Below are positions 24,301 through 34,908 of a stretch of DNA of 51,900 nucleotides, one piece after another. The stretch is from the NCBI GenBank assembly GCA_032718475.1, contig JAUCBJ010003399.1, forward strand, positions 1-51,900, written 5' to 3'. Below the pieces are notes generated by a model. The model was not told the DNA's origin and searched no databases. It worked only from the letters and a program-made list of their open reading frames with translations. The stretch comes from Nemertoderma westbladi (taxonomy: Eukaryota; Animalia; Xenacoelomorpha). The position numbers and the translations under genes are program-made. The first letter of the stretch is position 1. The number at the start of each line of letters is the position of its first letter.

Positions 24301-27300
24301 ACACAACTAGTTCAACTCACCGTGGTTGTTACCATGAAGCCGGAATTTTTCTATTTCGCCTTAAAATTTTTTTTATAAGCGTTTTAAAAAAGTGTCTTTT
24401 TCGAAATCGCACCATCCGTATCATTGCCATTCTTCACATTAGTCATAATTTTTTCATATCAATAGAAAGCTTGTGCTACAAGGATTCTAAACTCGATCAA
24501 CTCGATAAACTCGATGTAACTCTATCTGAATTTCGTTGAGAAACAGCTGAGATATAGGTGTTCAAAGATTTCAAGAATTATTGTTCGCTGCAGGCCATTT
24601 ATTCTATTTAATAAATACACAAAATTCTAGAACGTGTTATTTATTTGATGAGTTGGTAGAATCCTTGCAACGCAAGCTTTGTATTGATATGAAAAAATTA
24701 CGACTAATTTGAAGAATGGCAATGATACGGATGGTGCGATTTCGCAAAAGACACTTTTTTAAAACGCTTATAAAAAAATTTAAAGGCGAAATAGAAAATT
24801 CCGGTTTCATGGTAACAACCACGGTGAGTTGAACTAGTTGTGTTTCAAATTTCAAGCAATATGATACAGATTTGTAGAAAAATTTGGGGGGGTGTCCGAT
24901 GTCCGTGTCATCAGAAAATGACACTATATTACGGGTCATAGTGTACCACAGGAAGATAGTACCTCGGTAATATATATAAATGTGATATCACGTAATATTG
25001 AAATACATTAATTTTAATTATTTTCTAATACATTTACATGTTATTAGTCAATTCAATACAAATGGGCAATTAACATTCCATATTATTATTAATTTAATTT
25101 GTAATTTAATAAGCCATGATACTGCCACAAGGTACTGTACATACTAACATACAATGTAATGCAATGACAGTAAAATATATTTTTTATTTAATCACTACAC
25201 TCTAAAAAAAGTTTAATTGAAAGTAATAAAAGTAGTTCGTTATCAGTACAGAGAATTGGATGGCCACTGATGGGCACATTTTATAAATTGAATTTGTCAG
25301 TAAATCAGTGACTACATATATGTTTATTAAAAGGTATCAAAACATCAGGTATTTATTTTGCATATATATATTATTATTTTACATATCTTCGTTTATATAT
25401 TTATTAAATCTTTATTGCATTTCATCACTTAATTTCCATGTGCCCCACTGTCCCATTTTCTTCCATGTGCCCCACTGTCCCATTTTCCATCACTTAATTT
25501 CCACGTGCCCCACTGTCCCATTTTCCATCACTTAATTTCCACGTGCCCCACTGTCCCATTTTCCATCACTTAATTTCCATGTGCCCCACTGTCCCATTTT
25601 CCATCACTTAATTTCCACGTGCCCCACTGTCCCATTTTCTTCCATGTTCCCCACTGTCCCATTTTTCATCACTTAATTTCCATGTGCCCCACTGTCCCAT
25701 TTTCCATCACTTAATTTCCATGTGCCCCACTGTCCCATTTTCCATCACTTAATTTCCATGTGCCCCACTGTCCCATTTTCTTCCATGTGCCCCACTGTCC
25801 CATTTTTCATCACTTAATTTCCATGTGCCCCACTGTCCCATTTTCCATCACTTAATTTCCATGTGCCCCACTGTCCCATTTTCTTCCATGTTCCCCACTG
25901 TCCCATTTTTCATCACTTAATTTCCATGTGCCCCACTGTCCCATTTTCCATCACTTAATTTCCATGTGCCCCACTGTCCCATTTTCCATCACTTAATTTC
26001 CATGTGCCCCACTGTCCCATTTTCTTCCATGTGCCCCACTGTCCCATTTTTCATCACTTAATTTCCATGTGCCCCACTGTCCCATTTTCCATCACTTAAT
26101 TTCCATGTGCCCCACTGTCCCATTTTTCATCACTTAATTTCCATGTGCCCCACTGTCCCATTTTCCATCACTTAATTTCCATGTGCCCCACTGTCCCATT
26201 TTCTTCCATGTGCCCCACTGTCCCATTTTTCATCACTTAATTTCCATGTGCCCCACTGTCCCATTTTCCATCACTTAATTTCCATGTGCCCCACTGTCCC
26301 ATTTTCCATCACTTAATTTCCATGTGCCCCACTGTCCCATTTTTCATCACTTAATTTCCCTGTGCCCCACTGTCCCATTTCCCATCACTTAATTTCCATG
26401 TGCCCCACTGTCCCATTTTCCATCACTTAATTTCCATGTGCCCCACTGTCCCATTTTCCATCACTTAATTTCCATGTGCCCCACTGTCCCATTTTTCATC
26501 ACTTAATTTCCATGTGCCCCACTGTCCCATTTCCCATCACTTAATTTCCATGTGCCGCACTGTCCCATTTTCCATCACTTAATTTCCATGTGCCCCACTG
26601 TCCCATTTTCCATCACTTAATTTCCATGTGCCCCACTGTCCCATTTTCCCACTGTCGACTGTCCCACTTACATAATAATTTAATTTATTACAATATCCGA
26701 TATTTTTTGTAACGCCTATTATCCGTGTGTCCCGAATATAGATTACCGTCGACGTGGAGACCATCTACGAGATCGTAAGGAAGTTTCTCGATCGCTCCTC
26801 GATTTGGACCGGTTGTCTGTAGCAGCGGATGTTCATTCTGACTACAGTGGAAGTACCGCCAGTGATAGAAGTTCAACTTGTAAGTCAATACATATAAAGA
26901 TTGATTCCAGAAAGGTTTTTGACGAACTCTTGGTAAATAAATAGACTTAAACTGACAAAAAAATGTTCGGGGAACATTTTAGTACTTACTAGGAAAGATA
27001 ATGAAGTTTGGATATTTATTGTGGATGCAGAAGAATAGTAGATAATTATATTATTACAGGAGAACATTATAGGGAAGCTAAACCGCAAGTCGTTTTTGAT
27101 TGATTGACATTTTGATAAAATGGTTTTGTGATTTAGCTTTAGCAGATCCGGCTAATATTCCGTCTACATTAACGGATTCGAAGGCTAAGTTGCGATCGAA
27201 AACTACAACGAAAGACAGACGACCGCCTTTACCGCCGCTGATAACTCGTCCTCCGCCCGATATGAATTCCGGTGAGTTGCTATAAATACGGGATGTGTAT

Positions 27301-30300
27301 TACATTAATTTAGCTGTACTTAATGCCAATTACCTGGGAGTATTATAAGTCGCCCCTTGGTTGGTGTTGTAGTTGAATCCGCTGCGTTCAATTCACACAT
27401 TTTTTATGGAATAATTAAATAATTGGATGCAAAAAATAATTATTTTTAACCAGTAATATTTATTATTGTCATAAATAAATCTTAAAGATTTTACTTTTTC
27501 TCTGTTTTGCTTCATAAGTTTAGTTATGTAGAATTTTTTATTTCACAATGATAATTCTAAAAGTGTAGTTTGTGTCTTTATTGCTTTACTATAATAGTTG
27601 AACGACTTACCGAAAAGTATTAATAATTACAACATTATGTTTCATTTATAATTATTACTTAGAATCAACTTATTAACCGAATGAGATATAAATTAAAAAA
27701 AAAACGCTTTATTTCCCGTAGACGCTCCTCGCAGTCCCATGGTCTACCTGGACGTCCCAGACTCAGCGGGACGGAAACGCCACCAACTCGGGAGCACTGA
27801 GCAGGGCAGCAGCTTCGAGAGTTCGAGCAGCGACCCGCGAACCGACTCGACCAAGGAGTCGACGCCTTCGACAACGAGAGATAAACCGTGGTCGCGACCG
27901 AGTCCGGGAGTAGACGTACGTCCGGCACCGGACGGGGAATCCGACGTTCCGATGTCGCCTAGCGACCGCAAATCCGGCGTCCCACCCCTCGGCGCCGGAC
28001 AGATACGGCCGCTAAACGCCAAAATCGGTGAGTCGGGGAATCAGATGCGTAACTAACTGTGTAGATGAGTAACTGGATAGAGTGGATCCAGATAGAGTTA
28101 AGTTATTTGTGTTGTTTGTTTTAACGGTGGATTATTAAAATTAAAATTAAAAGTAAAAAGTCAATTTTCTTCGGCCGCTAGGCCAGGGATTACGCACAAA
28201 GTCTGACGACTTATTTCCAGTGCGGTGCGGTCCCCCCAGAACTTTACTCCCCAGAGGAAACTCTAGTACTCATTTAGCTACCACTGGATGTAAGGCAGAG
28301 AGAGATGCGCTGGTCCCTTTAAAGCATTCGTCCCGAAACTAAAACTGCCCTGGCCATGTGAGGATCGAACCAACGACCTACAGGAGATGTGAATTCAATG
28401 CAACCACTACACCAAGGTGGAACCTTGGAACTATTGCATTTCTCTTCAGTTCATGTTGCTGTGCATCTGCACCATTCTGTAAATCTGAAATAAAATTATA
28501 ATGCGTAGAATATTTGAAGGCCCTTTTGATATTCATTTTATTTCTTTTTTATGTTGCCCAGGTCAACAGTCGAAAGGACGAATTCAGATAGAGTTGAAAC
28601 ATTATCGGGGCACCTTGGAAATACACATTTACGGTGCCGAGGGAATTTCGAAGTCTATTGTGAATCCAAAAGAAGGTCCAGGTATGTTTAATGTGAACCC
28701 AAAAGAAGGTCCAGGTACGTTTAATGTGAACCCAAAAGAAGGTCCAGGTGTGTTTAATGTGAATACAAAAGAAGGTGCAGCCGGGGATGTCAAATATATT
28801 CTAAATCATAATATTTATTGTAAATAATCCACGAAGTTAAATTTATGTTTGGAATTTGCATACGGAACACGACTGGCAACTGTTAAGCTAATAACTTACT
28901 AGTTGTTCATATTAATTCACAAATCCTCCGCTTATTTCAATAACTGTTGAAATTTGAAATTAATCGAATTAACAATTGGATCGAACATATATTTTCCAAA
29001 TAATAATTTATTATTTGAGCTTCTGGTGATATATGATATGATTGCATTTATTGCTTTATTTACTTACGTTTATATATAATATTTACTTGCAGATACTTAT
29101 GTAAAACTCTACCTGATAGAGAAAGGAAAACGTTATGAGAAGAAACGAACTTCCGTCGAAAAGAAAACTGTATTTCCTTATTTTAATAAACTTATAAAAT
29201 ATCCCATGTACGAAGTTACAGGCCGTGATATTAGGGTTAGTTCAAAAAGATTATTACAGCTACAGTTCGACAATAGTTACAGTTGGATTAAAGTTCCAAG
29301 TTGAGTTACAACTTTGTTAGTCTTTGAGTAACATGGCAAAAGTAGAAATGACAGCATCTCTCTCCCTTTGATTATCAGTTACAGAACTGAAAAAACCCCA
29401 ACAATGGCGGAAATGTTTTGAAAATTAATTCACAAGAATTAAGTTTGTAGTTGATATTATTGTAACTTTTGTTGGGCACAGCTTCGCATTGTCGACACTC
29501 GACAATGACGTCCAGAGGGAGCGAACTGGTGACCTCCGGGTTGGAAGTCTGACACTCTACCCATTACGCTAGCGCTAGCTGTTCAGGTAAAAGGTAGACC
29601 TGGGGCCGTATTAATAAAAGTGAGCTATAGCACGTTCTACCTAGACCATCTATCTATCTAGCAAGATAGATGGTCACAATTAGACCGTCTATGTAGACGA
29701 TCTCACTTGGTATTAATAACAACTAGAACGTGTTAGGGTAGAACGTTCTACTTTGAGACTATCTAAGTAAGCACGCTATCTTGCTATAAGAGATAGGCTA
29801 GCAATATGCTACTTATGCTGACAGGGTTGTATTTCTATTTAAGAATAATTCCTATTTAATAAAACAACAAGAGAACGTTTTAATAAATTTTCTAAAATTT
29901 TTGTTATAATTGTAGAGAATGTATTACTTCATCATTTAAATGCCTTGTCTTACTTTACAATTATTTATAGGTATAGGCATTTATAGGCATTAATTGACCG
30001 GGCTAAAATGATAATGAAAGACATTTGACAGTGTATGTAATATTTAAGTAAATATCTATTGCCAAACAAACCGGCACCACTACTGTGCGTGTTAGGCACT
30101 ATAACAATGTTTTTGTAGTCATTTTGCGAAACAACCGTTGCTATGGTAACCGGAATTAAGTACGCTGAGCTGACCATTCGAAAGCTCATACTCGATATAG
30201 TGGGGGTGTGTTTTTCCCATGACAATAGGTTCGTTCGTTCTTACAATGAGACAAGTAACAACCCGTTGCTATGGTAACACGAATTCATAATATTGATCAT

Positions 30301-30975
30301 TCGAAAGCGGACACTCGATATAGTGTGTAAAAATAGTAATTACTAAATATAGTATCTGCTTGCTACCTAGTCAACTACAGAGTTGACTATATAAATGAGA
30401 CAGACTACCAACTACATCAACCTTTATTAATACCAATTTACCTGCTAGGTAGACCGTCTGGTTAGCAAGTAGTCGGTCTCACAAAATTTCAGGGTAGATC
30501 ATCTACATAGTCCGTTTATTTAATACCACGTAGACCGTATATGAAGACCGACTATCCCAAAAAGAGGGTAGACGGTCTACGTAGTTGGTTTTATTAATTC
30601 GGCCCCTGGAATTACGTCTTGATACCTTGTATATGTCCGCAATTTACGTCCTCCTGGCCTCACATCTGTCTCTAGTAATTATCATCATCTACAGCGACTG
30701 TGCTCAACGCTACTGTGTAACCGCTACTTTTTATAATATATTTTATATGATTGGCTTATTTATATTTTGTTCCTAAATAGGTGATGATGTTTGAAAGAAT
30801 ATCGAAGTTTAAACGACGATGTATCGGTGAAGTTTACATCTCACTAGTTGCTGATAATATCGATATCCGGCGTAAACCAATAGTAGATTGGTACACCTTG
30901 TTCACGCCTAGTAACCCCTACGATGACACCGTATCAGGAGATTCATTGGACGAAGGCGACGATAAACCCGCCTGA
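261..30975 (+). CDS. RIMS: RIM/Unc-10-like presynaptic active-zone scaffold (PDZ, C2A, C2B), multi-exon; the 5' end may lie upstream
   Basis: GT-AG exons that are phase-consistent apart from a +1 frameshift in 698-867: 261-371 (tentative), 698-867, 1461-1561, 15131-15325, 21473-21657, 22060-22228, 22853-23072, 26742-26879, 27137-27271, 27722-28027, 28562-28681, 29093-29235, 30781-30975. Peptides resemble RIM: GDEIVEWDGILLQ (PDZ); RSDGRPPNPYAKV (C2A, cf. REDGRPRNPYVK); LGAGQI...GRIQIEL...DTYVKLYLIEKGK...WYTLFTPS (C2B). No zinc finger seen in the window. Confidence 0.8.
698..867 (+). CDS. RIM-like PDZ exon 1 (contains a +1 frameshift near 806-810)
   Basis: ttgcag|TTG; reads IGFGLTVVVRRQGDRMIA, then in the shifted frame MVTDVIKNSPAYTEGRIRAG; donor G|GTTAGT. 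Confidence 0.75.
915..1015. repeat. Short ~38-bp tandem repeat, about 2.5 copies
   Basis: ccggtacacggtacatcagtattagtataagtactggc repeated. Confidence 0.75.
1461..1561 (+). CDS. RIM-like PDZ exon 2 (GDEIVEWDGILLQNKTNEEVRRLIWNTGRTVQCK)
   Basis: Pyrimidine tract then cgaag|GG, phase 1 matching the previous donor; donor AAA|GTTAGT at 1562. Confidence 0.85.
4475..6029 (-). pseudogene. Reverse transcriptase ORF remnant with premature stop (copy 1)
   Basis: ORFs 5786-6178 and 4475-5785 are one frame split by TAG (FE*VLL); the endonuclease domain is missing. Confidence 0.85.
6038..6167 (+). mobile_element. 5'-truncated SINE-like insert nested in the LINE (copy 1)
   Basis: Flanked by 8-bp TSD AAATGCTG (6030-6037, 6168-6175); T-rich tail; GGAGTAGCGCCC...GGAGCCTTCGGGTCGCC resembles, from memory, a SINE 3' domain widespread in invertebrates. 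Confidence 0.7.
6545..8099 (-). pseudogene. Reverse transcriptase ORF remnant with premature stop (copy 2)
   Basis: ORFs 7856-8248 and 6545-7855 are split by the same TAG as in copy 1. Confidence 0.85.
8108..8237 (+). mobile_element. SINE-like insert (copy 2)
   Basis: Matches 6038-6167 with the same TSD. Confidence 0.7.
15131..15325 (+). CDS. RIM-like exon, end of PDZ plus Ser/Pro-rich linker
   Basis: tcgcag|GTG; 65 codons open; CCA|GTTAGT; phase 0-0; GC-rich relative to flanks. Confidence 0.7.
15976..21115. repeat. 46/45-bp intronic satellite (GTAAGCTATACTCACTTACTTCGTGGATGGCCCCACAGCGGTACCC), roughly 110 copies
   Basis: Head-to-tail units without spacers; degenerate edges. Confidence 0.97.
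21473..21657 (+). CDS. RIM-like C2A exon 1
   Basis: ttttacag|AAT; GRIELEIWHDTRSNLLVTISEGRELRKRSDGRPPNPYAKV; TT|GTGAGT. Confidence 0.85.
22060..22228 (+). CDS. RIM-like C2A exon 2
   Basis: cccatag|T; ETHVVNRTCDPVWDQRPFLF...ILEVSVCDRFD...CIGQ; CAA|GTAAGA; phases 2-0. Confidence 0.85.
22853..23072 (+). CDS. RIM-like C2A end plus linker exon
   Basis: ttgtag|ACG; TTITLADIDVSDTPYWYLL (cf. RIM ...LDDEPHWYKL); G|GTAAAT. Confidence 0.8.
23284..23786. repeat. 19-bp minisatellite (GGGTAACTCCATGTATCCT), about 26 copies
   Basis: Direct reading. Confidence 0.95.
24200..24943. mobile_element. MITE with long (~300 bp) inverted arms, TA-flanked (Tc1/mariner-like)
   Basis: TA|CACCATTTCCCGTAATATAGTGTCATTTTCTGATGACACGG ... 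CCGTGTCATCAGAAAATGACACTATATTACGGGTCATAGTG|TA; internal arms are also complementary. Confidence 0.85.
25425..26655. repeat. ~38-bp minisatellite (TTCCATGTGCCCCACTGTCCCATTTTCCATCACTTAAT) with shorter deletion variants
   Basis: Direct reading. Confidence 0.95.
26742..26879 (+). CDS. RIM-like linker exon (DYRRRGDH...SDYSGSTASDRSST)
   Basis: atatag|AT ... T|GTAAGT; 138 nt, phase 1-1, open frame. Confidence 0.65.
27137..27271 (+). CDS. RIM-like proline-rich linker exon (RRPPLPPLITRPPP)
   Basis: atttag|CT ... G|GTGAGT; phase 1-1; alternative in-frame acceptors at 27143 and 27146. Confidence 0.7.
27722..28027 (+). CDS. RIM-like exon preceding C2B
   Basis: cccgtag|AC ... G|GTGAGT; ends PLGAGQIRPLNAKI (cf. 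RIM LGPAQLVGRQ). Confidence 0.8.
28140..28417 (-). mobile_element. tRNA-derived SINE
   Basis: On the minus strand: A box TGGTGTAGTGG, B box GGTTCGATCC, core GTAGCTAAATGAGTAC and a (TTTTAA)n-like tail; related fragment at about 32465-32615. Confidence 0.7.
28562..28681 (+). CDS. RIM-like C2B exon 1
   Basis: gcccag|GT; KGRIQIELKHYRGTLEIHIYGAEGI; CCAG|GTATGT. Confidence 0.85.
28660..28780 (+). repeat. 33-bp tandem repeat spanning an exon/5' splice site, about 3.7 copies
   Basis: GTGAAYCCAAAAGAAGGTCCAG|GTRYGTTTAAT three times plus a partial copy. Confidence 0.92.
29093..29235 (+). CDS. RIM-like C2B exon 2
   Basis: ttgcag|AT; DTYVKLYLIEKGKRYEKKRTSVEKKTVFPYF; AGG|GTTAGT. Confidence 0.85.
29505..29580 (-). 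mobile_element. tRNA-like SINE head (degenerate)
   Basis: TAGCGTAATGG A box, CTTCCAA loop, AGTTCGCTCCC B-box-like; no proper acceptor stem. Confidence 0.5.
29603..30605. mobile_element. Non-autonomous DNA transposon (PIF/Harbinger-like MITE)
   Basis: TIRs GGGCCGTATTAATAAAA and TTTTATTAATTCGGCCC; 3-bp TSD CTG on both sides; subterminal TAGAC/GTCTA motifs. Confidence 0.8.
30781..30975 (+). CDS. RIM-like terminal C2B exon
   Basis: aaatag|GTG; VMMFERISKFKRRCIGEVYISL...IVDWYTLFTPS...; stop TGA. Confidence 0.85.
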   Translation: MMMFERISKFKRRCIGEVYISLVADNIDIRRKPIVDWYTLFTPSNPYDDTVSGDSLDEGDDKPA

Positions 30976-32464
30976 TTGGCTAATATCTCAGAGGCCTTCT
31001 TCAGCTTCAAATGGTCCCCTGTTTGACATATTTTCTCCCAGTTTCATGGTGCTAATTCAACGTGTCACAGCAACACAATCTCGTTTCACATCATTTAGAA
31101 AATTTCAATTGTGTCAAAACAATCAATCATTCTTAAATATGGATTATACTGATAAATCTCAGTATTTAGAGGTCGACTAGAACACACTCTCATGTTTACT
31201 AAATCAAAACAATTTAATTAATAATCAATATTATTTTTATACAGCTTATGTACTTTTCACTATTTATTCATATTTATTACTTATAATATTTAGAAAACAT
31301 ACGTTGTTACAACTCGTGTTATTTTTAGCGACTCCCTGAATTAATTTATCAGACATTGTCAATTAAATTTATTATTGAACATTCCAAATAATATATGATA
31401 ATTTATTATTTTTTTATCTAAATTGTTTACCAAGAAATTGTGAAAAATCAATAGAAAAAATGGCCGCACTGTGTACTGAAATATTCTTTTGACTGCCACA
31501 TAAACAATCCACTTACTATTTGTATTTTAAAATTAAGTGGAATTAAGTGAAAGTGCAATTTCAGCAAAAATACATACACGATGCAATACGTCACAAAGAG
31601 ACCAACATGGTCAGATAAGATACGTTACAAGGTTACGAACCCAAGGAGAAGAAAGCTCCAATCGGAATGAAAGTCAATGGAATTCAGCGGTAACTGCTTT
31701 ATTCCATCGTGGAATTGTGTAAAATTGACGTGTAAGTAATAGCTCTCTCGGGGCAAATATCACACCCTGACCCTGCCCTGGTTTGCCATTCCACAGAGCG
31801 GGTGTCGCAGTTGAGTCAGTCAGATATGGAGCCCATCAGCCATACCTATCCGACGCACATCAACCACCACTGGCTATGCAGCTTATGTGCGTATGGCTAT
31901 GCCCTGTACCCCTGCTGCCAGGTGCAGGTCGCAGTGAGGTGCATTCAAATTGGACATGAGAACACCCTTACCAGCCATTGGTACTGTAGAGTGTAGATCA
32001 CCATCTGCCTGATCAGGCCATATACCACTGCCACCGAGTATATGGGTCCTTAATCCAGTACCACGGCCGTCCCTATCCCAGAAGGAAGGGGGTCCTAGTT
32101 ACAGGACCAGATTTGCCTTTATTAAGATGGTCTACGCAGCCACAGATGGGATCTCATTTATGCTGCATGGAGTTGGCAAGTTTTCTTGATCAATGACCTA
32201 GAGTACCTGACCTGACCTAACTGTAAGTAATAGAGCAGTGGCGGATCTTGCGTATAGAGCTGGTTCAACCCCCGGTGGCGTGTTTCCTCATAGTTTTCAT
32301 TTCTGTCTAAATGGCCAGTTAAAATGAAAAGACTATGAGTCCAATTGAAGTGGACAAAATACAAGTGTCAGTACTAAATAACAGGAAGCAAGTGTCATGG
32401 GAGTGTGACTGAAACTGGTAGCGCTACTGACGAGGAGGCCTAAAGTGAAGTATAAGTAAAGTAA

Positions 32465-32615
32465 ACATGGATTAGGCACAAGGTATGGCGACTTAATTCC
32501 AGTACGGTCCCCCTAGAATTATACAACCCAAGAAGAAACTGGTACTCATTTAGCTACCATAGTGATGCAAGGCAGAGTTGCACCCTGGCTAGTGACTTAT
32601 CCCTTTAAATCAGTC
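32465..32615 (-). mobile_element. SINE fragment related to 28140-28417
   Basis: Shared GTACTCATTTAGCTACCA, CGGTCCCCC and CCCTTTAAA blocks. Confidence 0.6.
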
Positions 32616-34908
32616 GGCATCTTGCTTTGCATATATGGGATATTTGACATGCGGAGTCCCATAGATAACATTGATATATAGGGATAATAGACCGCCGACG
32701 TAAGGTACCGGTACGTAAACAGTAAATTAACTCCAACATAATAGGACTTCACTAGATGTTATGCAAACGATATCTTTTGCACAGACGATGATGTTACGCG
32801 AACATGACATTATACAAACAGTTTTAAATTTGGTTTGTCTCGTTGTCGTATCGGTCCTGTTTGCTTAATGTCTTTCCTATAGCCACAAACAGCAGTGCGT
32901 TAAACTCTATCATGCTCTCTTTGCAAATTTAGAGTAATTAGCTTTATTTGCATCCATTTTCCCTTGGAAAGGAATTAATTTTGATTGTGTCAAAATTACA
33001 ACCCCCCCCCCCCTCCCCCCGCCCCTTTCCCTATCTGGTTTCAAAAACATAATGAGTGATATCAACAGTCTAATCCAATACTCTTAAATCAACCAAAACA
33101 CTAACCCCTGTTAGGTTTACTTTGCTATCACTATAATTGTGATGGATGAGGTGTGGGAGGAATTCTAGCTGACCTATTATTAGCGTCAAATCTAGTCACC
33201 ACCAGAGACCTCCAAACTCCACCCTTTCAGACATCACCACGACAACCGCTACGACAACGGACAATCTATACAACCGTAACTGACATACATTATTGGTGCT
33301 ACTTAATATTCATTATCAATTAAGGGGAAGGAACAGTTTAGAGGGAAGGCTTTTCTAACCAAAACAATAAACCAAGAGAGTACACGTTATAGTATCATAT
33401 TTTCGTTGTCCACTCTGGTTGTGGGTCTTTGGTGTAGCGTCTTACACTTCTGAAGATCAATACATTACGCCCCATTACACTTAGTATAAGACACGACCTT
33501 GTAAACATTTTAGAAAGCAACTGTGGGAATGGGCTGTTGTACGAGCATCATTATTATATTATTATCGAAGAGTCGGTATGTCTGCATGTATGTCGGGGGA
33601 ATGTTGTAAAAACATTTCCGACAACTTTAGAAATTTATGACATTTCAGACCAAAATTTATCCAGTTCACAATAAACTCAATCGAGCTCCAGTTTCTGTAA
33701 AGTCTCCCACAGTTAGATTTTCTTTGAGCAATGCCTTTATTGAAACGGCAACTACAAACGCTCTAGACTATGCCAAACGGAATAATTATGAGTTAACTAA
33801 CGAAGGGTGATGTTCCTTGGTTATTCGAGTTAATAGGGCAGTAACGTACTACGTTTGTTAAACGGTCGTTCGAGTCCTTAACATAGTGAAGTTTAGTTCA
33901 GTTTTTGCAGTTATTTAAGGCATCTCGTAAATTACGCCTTTTGTGCATGCAAGTGGCAGCTGATTGATTCTTAGTGTTAGGAATTACACAATAACACTTT
34001 TCTCCTATAACTTAAATAGCATTCTAGAACGGATGAAATAACGAAATAATCGATTTTAATCGATAATCGGTTTCAAATATTAAGCAATATGTTAGATTTG
34101 TATAAATTTCGAGGAGTGGTCCGTGTCATCAGAAAAATATAGTGGTAAATGGTCAAGGCGTTCTAGAACTGTAGTTCTAGAACGCCTTGCATATGGTGTA
34201 TATATTAGAAAACTTGTCTCACATCGTAGGATGTATATATTAATAATACATGGATAGTATCGATAGTGTGTATTAGAACTGAAATGTAAAACTACTCGCA
34301 ATAAAGTATCTAATGATTTTATAATCAATAGCTCATGTTGTCATGCGTAATCAGTTGTTAATCATTATTTATAGTTCCTCCAAAAATATCACGCCCCATT
34401 TTGAATATCCTCCCCCAAACAAAACCCTTTTAGAAATGTTATAGTTCCTCTAAAACATAGCCGGCGACATACGTACGGTTACAGTTTCATAATCTGTACA
34501 GAATTACGGTAATAATTTTTCGTGCGAAGATTTAACGCAGACGGGATGGGAAAGTCCCGTTATATGTAATGTTGGTATAGTTGGCCGGTGCAATAACGTA
34601 AAAGAAAATTTTTTATATAACCGCTATAATTTATTTGTTGGTAAAACAAAGGTATTCATTATATCAAAAAGAAATTATTCGAAGTGACACTATTGCCATA
34701 AGTATTTATATATAATATCTCACTCCACTCATATCAATCTGTTTCGGAGTCTGCCATAAGCTTTTCACGCTAAAAGCCCTAATTTATTTTTAATTATTTT
34801 GGAAAAATCTAATCTTATCTTAAAGACCTAACACAACGGTTTATATTGCCGTTGTCTACGCCGTTGTCTACATTTATAATCTTTCAGTTTATATCGTTGA
34901 ATAACTTA

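Noticed and set aside
31742-32460. GC-richer intergenic segment that may be retroelement UTR or SINE sequence
   Set aside because: Probably repeat-derived, but I could not define boundaries, TSDs or a ribozyme fold from the sequence alone.
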